The position numbers and the translations under genes were made by a program. The notes beneath the pieces were generated by a model that saw nothing but the letters and a program-made list of their open reading frames with translations, was not told where the DNA came from and ran no database searches. DNA of 63,499 nucleotides, filler included, from Platydemus manokwari (lineage: Eukaryota): the NCBI GenBank assembly GCA_037951405.1. It is 5 parts of 5 records of this genome, joined end to end, with 100 filler letters (N's around TTAATTAATTAA, not from the genome) between each part and the next. Parts side by side here need not be neighbours in the genome. Positions count along the whole stretch, not along the records: positions 1 to 10,509 come from JBBMOY011128219.1; positions 10,610 to 20,299 come from JBBMOY011196210.1; 3 more parts are not named here. One strand, given 5' to 3'. Positions 1 to 12,899 of the stretch are shown here, in pieces (within the stretch, counting starts at the first letter, position 1; the number at the start of each line of letters is the position of its first letter).

Positions 1-889
1 ACTAAAATTTGATGAATTGAAAAAGGTATCAAAGTAGGTCGAATTGCCATTTATTTAAAACTAGTTAGGACCACTTTAAACATTAGGAGCAAATTGAGAG
101 ATAATCTCAATTTTTACAATTTTAGATTAGGAACATGGTTTTAAAACCATGTTTTGTCGCTATTAGACATCCTAATGAATGAGATATTAACTAAATTATT
201 AAGATAAATCAAACATCTCAATTATATATCAAATTATTTCATTCGCGAAAATTCATTATTATGAAAGTAATTCAAAGAACTTCTTTTCTTAACTTAAGCC
301 AGAAAATCATCTGTTTAATAGAATTATAAAAGGTTTTTATTTTCAAAGCTTCTTATTTTCAAATTGTTATCGAGATGATATTATGTAGTCAATTTTCATT
401 AGATAATAGCATTATGTTTATATTATTAGAGCAGTATTGGTCGATTAGTTCAGATGATGATTATTTAAATCATAATAATTCTATTATACATATAATTTTG
501 AAATAAAATATCAACACAGACAAACAAATAAGAGATTACTATTGTGAAGAAAATCGATAATGGTAAACCAACTAATCACTGACAATCTATAGTTCTAAAG
601 TTTATTTTCATTTCAAGGTGAGTTTACTTTTTCGGTTGACTTGGAATGATTTTATTTACTTGTGGCCTTCAAAAAGATTATTTTTTAATAAACGTTTATC
701 AATGTACTTGGATTGGTCAATTAAACAGCCTTAGAAACACAGAAACATTATTTTAACATACTATCAGTTAGTGACATTTTTAAATATATTAAAACCAAAA
801 CCCTTGAATACTTCAATATTAAAATTAAATGGAAATGGAAGACACTTTTAAAATACAAGGCTCATTTTCGAAATCCAATGAAAAATTTT

Positions 890-1590
890 AAAGAAAAAGA
901 TGAATTTCAAAATAAATGATCCTTATCGATAAGTTATAAAAATATCGGAAGAAAATAATTGAAAGAAAAATATATGAGTAACCATCAAAGTTAATAGAAC
1001 ATCGAATATTTTTCGATGAAGAAAGTTGGTTAGACGTTTGAAATAACAAAATTAATCTCGTTAAAAACTGAAATAGCGTTTAATAATAGGAATTGGAACA
1101 AGATTATTGGAGAAGAGTAATAACGCAAAAACAAGAACGGGATTGGTTGTAGGAAAAATAATCTTATAAGGTGGCAATTAATAATTTTTCCAAAAAAAAT
1201 CTCCAGTTCAGCTGTCGGGGAAAATATTAATCAAATGATGACCGCAAAGAAGAAAAAATAACGATTTTCATAGAAAGATCTGATCAATTGTGACAGGAAA
1301 ACAAAGCGGAAGCCACTATTTCAGTTGATCGAACACCAATTGTAATAAAAAAATAATAATAATTCATTCCATACAGTACGATTCAGAGGTCTGGATAATA
1401 ATTTGCATCTGGCGACATCAATGAACGATATCGATTAGACAAGTTTTCAAGAGCTACTAAATTCGTTTAGGAAATTATCATGTTATTTTACGAATAATAA
1501 GTACATATTTGAAAATAATTATAACTCAAATTGTGGATAATAATAACACCGTGTAATGTGCGCCGTTTATAATTATGGTTTTTCTCATAT
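890..1590 (+). mobile_element. Possible highly decayed pogo/Tigger-type transposon remnant
   Basis: Frameshifted translation near 1090-1160 (ELEQDYWRRVITQKQ / GLVVG) resembles the CENP-B-type HTH 'ELE..L..WV...R..GL.V', also seen in the pogo fossil near 52.1 kb. Boundaries are uncertain. Confidence 0.3.
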
Positions 1591-1990
1591 AAGCACATAA
1601 TTCAAAAACATTATCAAGCGATTAAACGAAACAGTGTTTATTAATATTAATAATTCTATATCAGAATTCAAACAATATTTTTGAGATGATAATCCGAACA
1701 GAGAAAATGAATTTCATATAGACAGCTGATTAATTTGTATGTTTTTATTAAGAATTTGGCACCGACGATGGAAATATTGCTTGCATTTTTATCATATAGA
1801 CCATGAAACCACGGGATGTCTTTGAAATTAAAAATTATTGACTGCATTGTTTTATATTTCGTAATGGCTCATTTTCTAATTAAGATTGTTTTTATTATAG
1901 TTAATTAGAATATGCCAACATAGCTTTCTATAATAATCGCCTTCTTCTTATCGATTTTTGTAAGCCTGTTATTCATTTTTAATATAATAG

Positions 1991-4900
1991 GTGAATATGG
2001 TCTTGAAATTTATGCCAATGAACCTTCCGAGGGAGACACTTATACTCATATCTGTCAGTATTTACTCGATTTTGAACCTCCACCTGGTTATAAACCACAA
2101 ACGTCAGTTTTTGGACCTATTAAAGGTGATAGCAAAGTGTCACTTTCTCACAAACCATCTAAAATTCGAGATATGTACAACTACGAGAAAGATGCAACAC
2201 CACTTGGTAATTTACCGAAACCATATATGCCTACTCAATATGCCGTTGAAGATCTAACAGTAAGTGTAATAACTAGTGTCCATTAATCTTGTTTGTTTCT
2301 CATAATAATATTTGTCAGATAATATTTGTTTACAGACTTTACACATTAATCTATTTTTCAGTTAGATAATCTAGTGAATAAAACAGAAAATAGAGAAATA
2401 AATGTTAAAAGAGACTCCCAACAAGTGAGTTTGGGTGACAATGTTTAATATAATGAATGTGTCGCTTGTTATCATTTGAGCGAAGCATGATATTCGATTA
2501 GGTGATGTATTTTTAGAATAAATTAGTATTTCAGTGATCAAATATTAGATCATAAAATCCCTAAGATTCGAAAATCCCATATATTAATCATTTAGATTCA
2601 AACAAAAACAACATTGATTACAAACCAAAAGAATCCCGATAAATTTTAATTTGTTTTAGATGATTCCAGGACAGACTAAAACCAAACCCAAGCCTTTTGC
2701 ATATCAACAAAATTCATCGTCACATGCCAAAGCTGAAGATTCTGATTTAGAAATGCCAAACTTTTTACCACCGCCACCGCCTTTAAGTAGTCAAAATATC
2801 AATCCGCAATATGCATCTAATGTCAAAAATGGAGCAGTTTCACGAAATGATCCTACTGCCAATAAGCCATTTTCCGACAATCAAATTAATCAAATGAATC
2901 CCAACAACCAATATTCGATTCAAGGAGGCACCAAATCTAATCAACCAAATCATCAGAAAATGAACGCTGGCGATAATGTCAATGTTGGACCAAAAAATCT
3001 TAATTATTCTCTTCAAACCGCTGTACCATTCACAAAATCGGTATTAATTAATTACAGTTTAAATCAATTGAAAATTGAATTTTAATTATGTAAACTAGAC
3101 TGCAGCATCTGGTAGTGCTTTTAATCCTCTCGGTTCGTCACAAATTTCTCAAAAACCAGGCTCTAATGAGAAATTATATGGTCATAAAAATGATCCATTG
3201 GATAACGATTCTTCAAAACTGCAACCGTATTTGGCTAATGTTGAGAAAGGTCAATCACCTCAATTATCGAGAAAAGTATACGGTGCTAACGTGCCAGTCA
3301 GTAGTTCTAAAGATGTTAATCTCACTTCAAGTGCTAAATATCCTCCACCGGGATTGCATGATTCTGTTAGTTATTTTATTCCAATTAGATATATTTAAAC
3401 GGAATTTAATTTTTTCAATCCAACATAATTAAACATAGATTTTATATCGAATTTCCCCATTTATTTAATGCTTATTAATTTAATTTTATTATTTTATCTC
3501 TGCGCACTGATGCTATTCCGCAATAAACATCATTGTATATAATAATTTGTTGTTCGCTGAAAACTGTGATTCAGAATTTTTCATCAGCACTGAAAAATTC
3601 TTTCGATTGAAATATTATGATGATATAAACCGAAAAGAATGTGATCATTCTTGGATTGAGTTTGGCGATCTGTTATATTTTATTGGTATCAACAATGAAT
3701 ATTGAATTTTCAAACTAATTAAAAATGCCAATGCATGATTTTGAAATAGAATATTGGAATCAAACTGACTATAATAATATCCGAATATATTTTCTAAGTT
3801 TTCACTGAAATATGAAATTTAAAAGAAAATATGTGGCGAATGCATTAGTATTAAAAACTATCTAATTGAATCAAATAATCTAATAAAATCAAACAGTTGC
3901 CAATCTTAATTATTGAAAGAATTTTAAGAATTGTTTGATTGAAACATTAAGGATTTCAAAACTTGATCTATTGATCTACCGGCTTCATAGCTCTTTGTAC
4001 TCATCAGTATCACATAAGATAATAATTCGTTCGTTACTGCATTGTTTTTACTTATATCCTTCACTCAATTTCACAGTTGGTCATGCGAAGTTGTCATAGT
4101 TACATTTTGATTTCATATCAATATATTCTTCACAATTATAAAGTTACTTTTTAACTTTTCATTTAATTTAATGAGATTAAAATCTTTAATTTTAATCGAG
4201 AATTTAATAATAATTTTCATTTAAAAAATTATGAAAAGATATCTTGTTAGATAATTTATCCGATTAATTTATAAGATAGATGTCAGAAAATCGATAACAT
4301 TTCCATTATCGATCTCAAACTATCATATCAGTGCAGAGAAATTTGTGAACCAATATATTGTTTTTTTTTCTAATAAATATATTGCTTTAAACTTTTATAA
4401 ATACAAATATAATTATTAAATTCTCCAACGGGTTGATAAAATGATATCATCATCTGTATTTCGAACCCATAAGAACAGAAACCTGGTAGTGTTTAAATAA
4501 GTGTTCTTCAAACGGGAGGCGCGACCCACCAGTAGGTCGCGAGAAATTTCATTTTCGACACTGACTTATATTAAGACAAAATATCGATCAAATTAGAGAT
4601 ATTAACGAAATAGAGCCAAGATTTGATATTTTACGCGAGAATACGCAAAATCATTGTTGCCATTAAATATATTTTAATTTTTAGGTATTAAAAAAAATTA
4701 CTTTTTTATTTTAGTCCCTAGGGGTTGCGAAAAAATTTGGACTTGTAAAGTGGGTCGTAGCACAAAAAGGGTGAAGATCACTGATTTAAATTATGAAATA
4801 GTACTCTTTTATAATTAAAGCTGTAAAATATATTTCTGAAAATATAGCTTGAGTGTATAGCAGTGAATATTTTTAAGATTAATAATTATTTAAATGCTGT

Positions 4901-7146
4901 ATTTTTGCTAAATATCTCATTGATTTGTTAGATAACTGTACTTAATGGATACCTGATATATTTTATCATAAAAGTTAACCAGTCAATTCCCATTGAATAT
5001 GATATATTCAGATGATTCAATTCCCGTCTCTTCATTAAGAAATAAGTTATTTAATCTCCTCTAATATTTCATTATATTATTTGGTAATAAATCCTAGCAA
5101 ATTTCTGACATATTTTTTGATATCTATTCAATTTTGTTATACAAGTATTTAGTAAAAATTTATGTGCTGAATTGGTAATGGTGAATTTAAATTTTGTCGA
5201 GTTATTTCATCTTTATTTTCAACAAAATATCTTTTGATGTTATAAATTAATGTTATAAATTATATTTGATATGTTGAAATCGACACAGGGATTAAACGAA
5301 AGTCAAAACCCAAATAATTAATCAAATTGAAAGATATTAATTGAAATACTAATCATATGAATTGTACTTGTGTACTGCTTGTTAAAGCTTTTGAGGTATC
5401 GTGACACGGTGTGAAATGAATTTCACTATTTATGTTACTAACATTGAAACGAATGTTGCTGTAGAAAACCCCTGTGCATGCACGATACTCAGACAAAAAT
5501 GAACCCATTAATTTGTCAGAACTCAACATGGTCTCATCAGCTTTTGGAAAACCTGATAGCATTACTGTCCAGCAGCCATATTTACAAAATATATTGACTG
5601 GTGGTTCACCTGGTCTGTCTCGCAGATCAATGCAGAAGCCGGATGATTTGGTTTGACATACTTTATGTCCTCACATCTTTAGCTTATATCTTTAAAACAG
5701 TTTTGAATATTGAAATTGCTCGTTAGCTTTTGATTCGGTGTTGGTTCTTTGTTGCTAGCTAGACTATTGATACATTTTTTTTTAAAAATTATAGTTGAGT
5801 GTTAATCATTATAGAACCAAAATAAAGGAAACAATCCATCATTCACATCCGATTTTTCATTTGATCCATCGACAAATAAAGATCAGGACTCTTTGCAAGC
5901 AGGTTCAGCTAAAGCTATTTCAATAATAGATTTTAATCATAACATTTAGATGGTAAAAAGGCACCAATATTTCGTGGATATGGGCGACCAAATTTCAAAA
6001 CGGGTGGTGCATCGGAAATATCACCAGGTTACGTTGTTGGTCAGTCTCAACAGCAACCGATAAATCCTGGAAATGATTCTCCAAATATTCATTCGCAATC
6101 TCCACATAATCTTTCCAGCAATGCAACAAAACCTGGTACTATTGGTAATCAATATCAAATGCCTTCCAATGCATCCGCGAATTCTTCAAATCAGTATCCA
6201 CCTCTACAAAATTATCCTAACTCTGGTCAATCTGCAACTGGTCCAAATCAATATCAATCTTCTGTCAATGCGTCACAAGATCCAAAAATGATTAGTAAAC
6301 ACCCAGGTTATCTGCCAAGCACTTATGGAGGTGATTTGACATATCTTTTATTTTATATAATTTATTACATATTCTTCTAGTCAATCCAAAGGAAAATCGA
6401 AATGATTCTAAAAAGATTTCCAATCTTGCTGTCACTCTGTCTCCATCTGGATATAAAAATCTGAATAAAAGTTTATCCATTATAAAATCATTTATTAATT
6501 ATTAGTGGTACATGATTCCATTTCAGATGATCCACTGTATGATCAGTATAACAAGCAATATGAAGATTCATTAAAGATTGTACCTTCTCCTTTGCAAAAA
6601 TATCGACCAGATGAAAGTACAGCCAATTGGACTTCAGGTGTGTTGAGAAAAAATTGCATTCAAACGGCGATGTTGTTATTCTTTCTTTAGGTCCTATGCA
6701 AAAAGAACCTCCAAAGAACTTTGAGCCGAAACCTATAGCTGTTGAAGAAGAGATCTATAAACCGGAAATTCAAGCACTGCCGTCGGAAGCACCGGTTACC
6801 GGCACAATTAGTCCCGAAGAAACATCAAAAGTAACAAAAAACCATCAACTGGTAAATAATTGATTTATTTTATCTGATTACAGATATTTCAAAAAGTTGA
6901 TGAACATGCTATGCAAGTTTCATCACAACAACAAGATAATTTCAATCAATTGATTTGGCAATTGATATATGCACGTAATATCACCGATGAACTGGAAAAG
7001 GTGCGAGTTATCTTTTTATGGCTCTGCACAAAGGATTTGCATAAAATGAATTTCGACAACATCAAGCAAGATTCCCCGGAAGAAATCCTCATGGGAATTC
7101 GAACTGGAAAAAGCACTTATGCTCAAATATTCTTGACGCTTTGCAG
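1991..7146 (+). CDS. Hillarin/kyphoscoliosis peptidase (KY)-like transglutaminase-fold protein, partial (11 internal exons)
   Basis: In-frame GT-AG exons: 1991-2259, 2362-2424, 2660-3040, 3099-3365, 5465-5650, 5815-5902, 5950-6330, 6381-6470, 6527-6637 (alternative acceptor 6506), 6691-6830 (alternative donor after 6851), 6884-7146; about 745 codons. The first exon encodes GEYGLEIYANEPSEGDTYTHICQYL (KY/hillarin C-terminal-type motif). The last encodes IFQKVDEHAMQV...DELEKVRVIFLWLCTKDLHKMNF...IRTGKSTYAQIFLTLCR, typical of the start of the hillarin/KY transglutaminase-like domain. No start or stop exon was found in the contig. Confidence 0.8.
4499..4783. mobile_element. Non-autonomous hAT (Charlie-like) MITE in an intron
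   Basis: Termini (a)AGTGTTCTTCAAAC ... GGGTGAAGATCACTG form imperfect TIRs. Subterminal GCGACCCAC/GGTCGCG/GTGGGTCG motifs are present. 8-bp TSD gtttaaat (4491-4498) / atttaaat (4784-4791) with central TA. Confidence 0.8.
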
Positions 7147-10100
7147 GTTATTTGATATTTTATTGATTTTCTACTTCTTGAGCTCTTAGGCATTGTGAGG
7201 GTGTTAAAATCAATTAATATTGGAATGATCATTTTAAATAGAAATTAGCTTTTATATTATATTACATAAATGGCCTATTTAATTTATTTGAATACATTGA
7301 TTGAATATACTTTTGATGAGTTGAAGTTCTTATATTCCTATTTTATGAAATAGTAACTAATATCAATATTTAACAAAAAATATTACAATTAATATCAATT
7401 AATAAAATATCAATATTTTTTATTCTAAAATATTGTGATTTTTCTTTGATAAAAATTATCACTACAATTTTCTATTTCTCTTTTCAATGTCAAAAATTCT
7501 AAACCAAACGCCCATTATTAAGATTAATGAGCAGTCATTGTTTTAATTGATTAATCTTTGTTTTAATTATTTAAAGATTTTTTTCTCGTGGAAATATTAT
7601 TGTAATTCAAATAGATAAATAAAATGCTTGATCACAATGTTTCTTGGTGTTATGAGGTGATTAATTCCGAATTGTAACAGTATTAGTTATAGCAGCAATA
7701 TTGTCGTTAAGAGCTCTCTCTCTCTCATCTGTATTTGGATGTGATAATTTGTCTCGATGGGATGTGATATCTAAAATCAAATATTATTAATAATCTGTTA
7801 AATGATTTAAATATTGATTTTTATCTGTGCCTTATCAAATAATATTATTGTGAAACTAACATGATACATGTGAAGTTTATTTAATATTGTATATAATATC
7901 AAAATTATTAAAAATGGAATCAAAATATATTTTAACAAATAAATAGATCATATTAATATTTATAAAAGGATCTCGAATGAAAATACTGTTAATCTCTCAG
8001 TAATTAAAATTGTTAAAATAAAATTGAAATTTTATTAAAAAAGAAAGGTTATATCATAAATATATGGGAATTTTTATATTTTGATAAAAACAAATGAAGA
8101 CAAATCAAATGGAATAAAATTTAAATTTGTTAAAAATGACTTCTTTATTTGAAAGCCGAGAATGAAGAAATTTTGGCAACTAGCAATATAAATTTGAATT
8201 TTTTAATAAATTAGCCTTTTAGTTTTTATATTCCTGTATCAGCTTGATTTGTCGATAATTCCTTCTTAATAGAATATTATTAAACATTATATCATTGCCA
8301 TATTTATATACACAAATGAATTGAGAATAATTTAAAATATCTTTAACGATATAAAATCACTTTCATCATCCGATTAGAATTTATTGAAATAAATCCCATT
8401 ATTCACCTCATTTAGTTGTTGTAATTTTTATAATTTTCGATCTGTAAAATTGATATCTTTTCTAATAATTTGTCATCTAATAGCTCCTTTAATTATAGCG
8501 GCATATTTTCTCGAATTGAAAATGTGAATTCGTTGATAGTTATTTTCATCGATAAATTTGATTGTGAGAATTATGTTACACAGGTAAAATATAAACGATT
8601 TTCCCATTAAAATATTAATTATTATTTCGTTATTATTGGAGTTGTCAAAAATTAAATTTACCATGATACAAACGAAATTGAAATGTGTATTAGCTTGTTT
8701 TATTGAATCAAATAAGGAATTTCGATTTTTGGAAATATTCGATCATTTCCTTAAAATGTATCGATAAATGATGAGATTTTATCATAACCATATATCATTT
8801 ATGCTCGCGTTACTTGGTGTTTGTCGATTAACCAATTTGGTAATTTATATTTGCAAATGAATATTATTATATCAATATGGCATTTTTAAAAGCATTTTTA
8901 TGACATACACTACTTGACGATAATTGGAATGAACTAATTGAGTCTGGCAAATCGGAAAAAACTACCTTATTGCCATGTGACATTATTATTGAAACAATTA
9001 AATTTTCTGTGAATTCGTGTCTGCCATTGAGATAATAATAAGATTAGTTGTCGCGAATATATGAAGGCAGATTTTTAAGATGGATCATAAATAATCAGTG
9101 TTGATATGTGACATACTGATTTTTGGAATGTAACTGTTTCTCTGATTAATAATGATTGATGTTATCTGATCTTTGTGATAAAATTTTCTCCCACTGCAAT
9201 TTTCATTTTTATTTTTTAATAATTACAAAACTGATGAATAGTAAAGGCACATTTAATTGTTTGCTATGATTATAATCGTCGTAATTGTCAACATATTACT
9301 CGTACGAGTGAAATGTACTTGTCAAAGTGATAAAATTATCACGTTTGTACCATCTAATGGCCAAATGTATTATGGCCAATACGTAAGAAGTGAAAAGTAT
9401 TTTCAAACCAAATTTACCGTTATTAAGCTACAATTGTTACCAAAATGTTTACATTTTTATTTATCTACAATGAATAAATTATTATCTTTAATGGTCTTTT
9501 ATTTCTTAAATCACATATTTCTAAAATTGACTTGTAGACATTCCTCTATTTTGATATCTGTTGCTACTTTTCGCCATTAGATTTCAAATGAAACAAAGTT
9601 TACAACCCTCTAAATAGGTGTTTTTCAATCTTTTGTGGGTTTGAAATCTATCACGAATAATTAGTTCTTGACACGAGATTCATCATATTCTTAAAATAAC
9701 ATCTGAATAATACTCGTGAATATTTTCACAACATTTTGAAATTCTTAATTTTATTTCTTTTGACGTAACACGGTACTTCTAGCAGCGCGTATTAAGACCG
9801 ATGTTTGATAATAGTGTGAATGACAATGTCCTTTCTAGATTTAGTTTAGTTATCCTTTTATATGGACTTAGGCCACGCAATTGAAAATGCTTCTTTCAAG
9901 GGTCGTTATAGAGTAGAAAAACCGATTTATTCTATTGTCTATCTGAAATCCGATTGAGCACAAGTGAGTGATGGTTCCATTAATCCAACTGTACGCACTC
10001 CACTTAAATAGCAATTATTTTAAATCCTACAATAGTTTTGCAACATTACTTGGAAAAGCAATTGATTCAAACATCTTTTATTCACGTTATATTATACAGA

Positions 10101-10435
10101 TCTGTTAAGATAAATTCTATATTATTGATAATTGTTTATTATTTTATTTTGATTTATTAATTTATTATTCTTATTGATTATATAATTTATGAATTGTCAT
10201 TAAGATATATTATCAAATATGATATCGTTCTAGATTATTAAATAGAAGACAAACGTTTCGTTAATACTGTGTTTTAGTAAGATTAATCGCAGATAACACT
10301 CTGATAGCTTAAATGAGGTGAATGAGAGGTCATGACATATTTTTATCAATATGTTTTTGTATTTTCACAAATATCGTTCAATATCTGATATGTTATAGAA
10401 TATTGATCATTTGCGTCTATATATATATATATATA

Positions 10436-10509
10436 CGAGGGTCGATTGATAAATAAGGTCTCCAAGGCCGTAGTTTTGTTTGTAGTGTATGAAAAAAGAA
10501 GTTGTAACA
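10436..10509 (+). mobile_element. Mariner-like transposon end inserted in a (TA)n tract, truncated by the contig end
   Basis: (TA)n run followed by CGAGGGTCGATTGATAAATAAGGT, resembling mariner TIRs beginning TA|CGAGGG. The contig ends 74 bp later. Confidence 0.5.
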
Positions 10510-10609
10510 NNNNNNNNNNNNNNNNNNNNNNNNNNNNNNNNNNNNNNNNNNNNTTAATTAATTAANNNNNNNNNNNNNNNNNNNNNNNNNNNNNNNNNNN
10601 NNNNNNNNN
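10510..10609. other. Artificial contig spacer
   Basis: 44 N + TTAATTAATTAA (stops in all six frames) + 44 N; identical to the other three spacers. Confidence 0.97.
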
Positions 10610-10617
10610 AGACCCAA

Positions 10618-10686
<69 letters not shown>
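10618..10686. repeat. (TAT)23 microsatellite
   Basis: Perfect trinucleotide run at the contig start. Confidence 0.97.
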
Positions 10687-12339
10687 GTTTTGGTCTGGTT
10701 TAAATGAAAGATCTCTAAATATTACTATGGTGACCAATAATTAGACGTATATATAAAGTAGAAGAAATTATAAGAAATCAGTCATATAGTAGCAGTGGTA
10801 ATAATAGTTTGTTATTAAGGAAAATAAAAAGTAAAAGGCAACCAACTAATAGTGATGTCAAACCTATGTTCAGCAGCAAAGCCTATTCGATTGATATTGA
10901 CCACCTCACAAAGAAGCACAAGCGGAGCTCAAAACTTAACAAGTAATTACAAAATAACGACTTTCATTAAACCATCATTTATTATCGATGAAAGTTTATA
11001 ACTGATGATTCCACTAAGGGTCTTACAACTACCATGTTAATAGGTTGCTTGTAATTCGAGTTCATGAATATAACAAAAGAACAAGATAATAGATATATTC
11101 GATATAATATAAATTTTAAAAGCAGTGGCTGTAATGACTTGAAGAATGGACATCAACGGAGAGAACTTCGATATGAGAACTAAAGTTTATATTATCTTTT
11201 TATATTTATCTTTTATGCATCCCATATTCAAGAATATCTTGCATCCTACACTAAACTTTATTTTTGTAAATTCTTTTAATTTTTTTATATTCATTTCTTT
11301 CTTCGTCAACAGCTTCTCTCACTTTATTAAATCATGAATATTAAAATATTTTTACTTAGTGACTTGGTTTTACTTATTATCACAATCACAATTTTATCAT
11401 CAATCGTCTATCAGAATGAATAATTATCAGTAATCATCGACCAATTAAGTGAAACGGTATAACGTGAGTAGATAACAAAAAATCATATCAAAATGTTGGG
11501 GTTTTAGTATTCGTAACAATTTTAAAAGACAATGCATGATTCTGATGTATATTGATGTATTAAAGCGTTTTGCATGAAATAATACTGAGTATTTTAATGC
11601 AAAATTCTCGAAGTTCCGCAGGTTATATAAATAAAATGCAATATAGATTAGATCCGAAATAATATTTATCAGAAATAATACAACACTTAAAATTTCCCAT
11701 ATGATATCAATATCAACAAAATAACGATAACATGCTATATATTATCTCGCAATAACCAAGGAAAATAAAATAGCCACGCATTAAATTTAATCGAAGAGAA
11801 TTTATCTATGCTATAATAGAATTAATTGCAGGGAATTTCATTCAACTACAGTACAGCATTAAATGCTAATCGTAGAGAATTTCTACGAATGACTCATCGC
11901 AGCCTATATGAGGGAGATACTGCAAATGTTGTATGGGGAATTATTACATATGAAGTCATACTAAGGATTACAGTTTAGAAGCGCGATAATACTTAACATC
12001 AATATTATGAAGAGAGGAATATCGATTGCATAAGGGATCCGGAATCTGTATATGCCCAGTACACGTGCTGGAAGGCAAAACTCTATCGGAAAATTAGGTA
12101 AGCTTTAATGATCGTATAAACATCACTTCCTACATCGACAATCGCAAACTCTTCCTATTTATCGGATTTGATCCAAATGAACTTAAATACGTGGTTTTAC
12201 TCATCTCGTTTGTTTATTAACCATAGACTCTCCTGAAATTGTGTGCAACATAGTTGTCGTTTATGTGTATAAAAGTATTTTTAAAATATAATTTTTATTC
12301 AGTCTATATTTGTAATTGCTATTATAATATTAAAAGTGT

Positions 12340-12421
12340 ACTTAAAAATAATGTTGTAAGAAAACTAAAATTTAGTTTGTACAAACATCAAAATGTTCAC
12401 GACGCGGTAGCACAAGTCCTC
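12340..12421 (-). repeat. Dispersed repeat, copy 1 (shared with 58907-58985)
   Basis: Reverse complement reads GAGGACTTGTGCTACCGCGTCGTGAACATTTTGATGTTTGTAC..., aligning with GAGGACTTGTGCCACCGCATCGTGAAGATATTTATGTTTATAT... at 58907. Confidence 0.8.
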
Positions 12422-12899
12422 TCTTCGTTCTATGGCTTTTATACAGTTGGTTTCTTTATATATACAACATACATTTGGAGCTTCCTCTATTAGGATTCAT
12501 TTCGTTTTATGTTAACATTGTTTGTTAGGTTTGATATCTAGTGTTGGTAATTAAATTGAAAGCCCGTGTCGACGAGTGGTTTTTCACTTTCCTCTGATCA
12601 GAGTGAGCCTTGTATATGAGGAATATCTAATCAAGGCGGATATTAGGAAGCCGGAGATGAAAGTCACTGTCCCACCGAAGCACTAAAAACGGCTATGTCA
12701 ACCTGCTATTTAAATTTGCTGTCCAATGTTACTCTTGCTTCATCGGAGCAATAACACCGTTTAATTTGCATCTTGATTATCACAAAACCGAAAACCTACA
12801 AACAAACCAATCTCAGTCAATTATCAACATTCTTTTAACCAACGAAGATCCTCAATCTCAATGACTATCAAGTCCTACAATCGAAGCATTTATTCGTAC

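Noticed and set aside
1991-2257. Track ORF MNMVLKFMPM...
   Set aside because: Wrong frame; the real exon reads GEYGLEIYAN... in another frame.
10554-10565. Palindromic TTAATTAATTAA recurring four times as a biological motif or CRISPR-like repeat
   Set aside because: Always centred in a 100-bp N block; it is an assembly linker.
10995-11030. Other CTGATGA cores (here, and near 4001 minus, 9231, 18728, 61277 minus) as hammerheads
   Set aside because: They lack a correctly placed GAAA and/or stems I-III.
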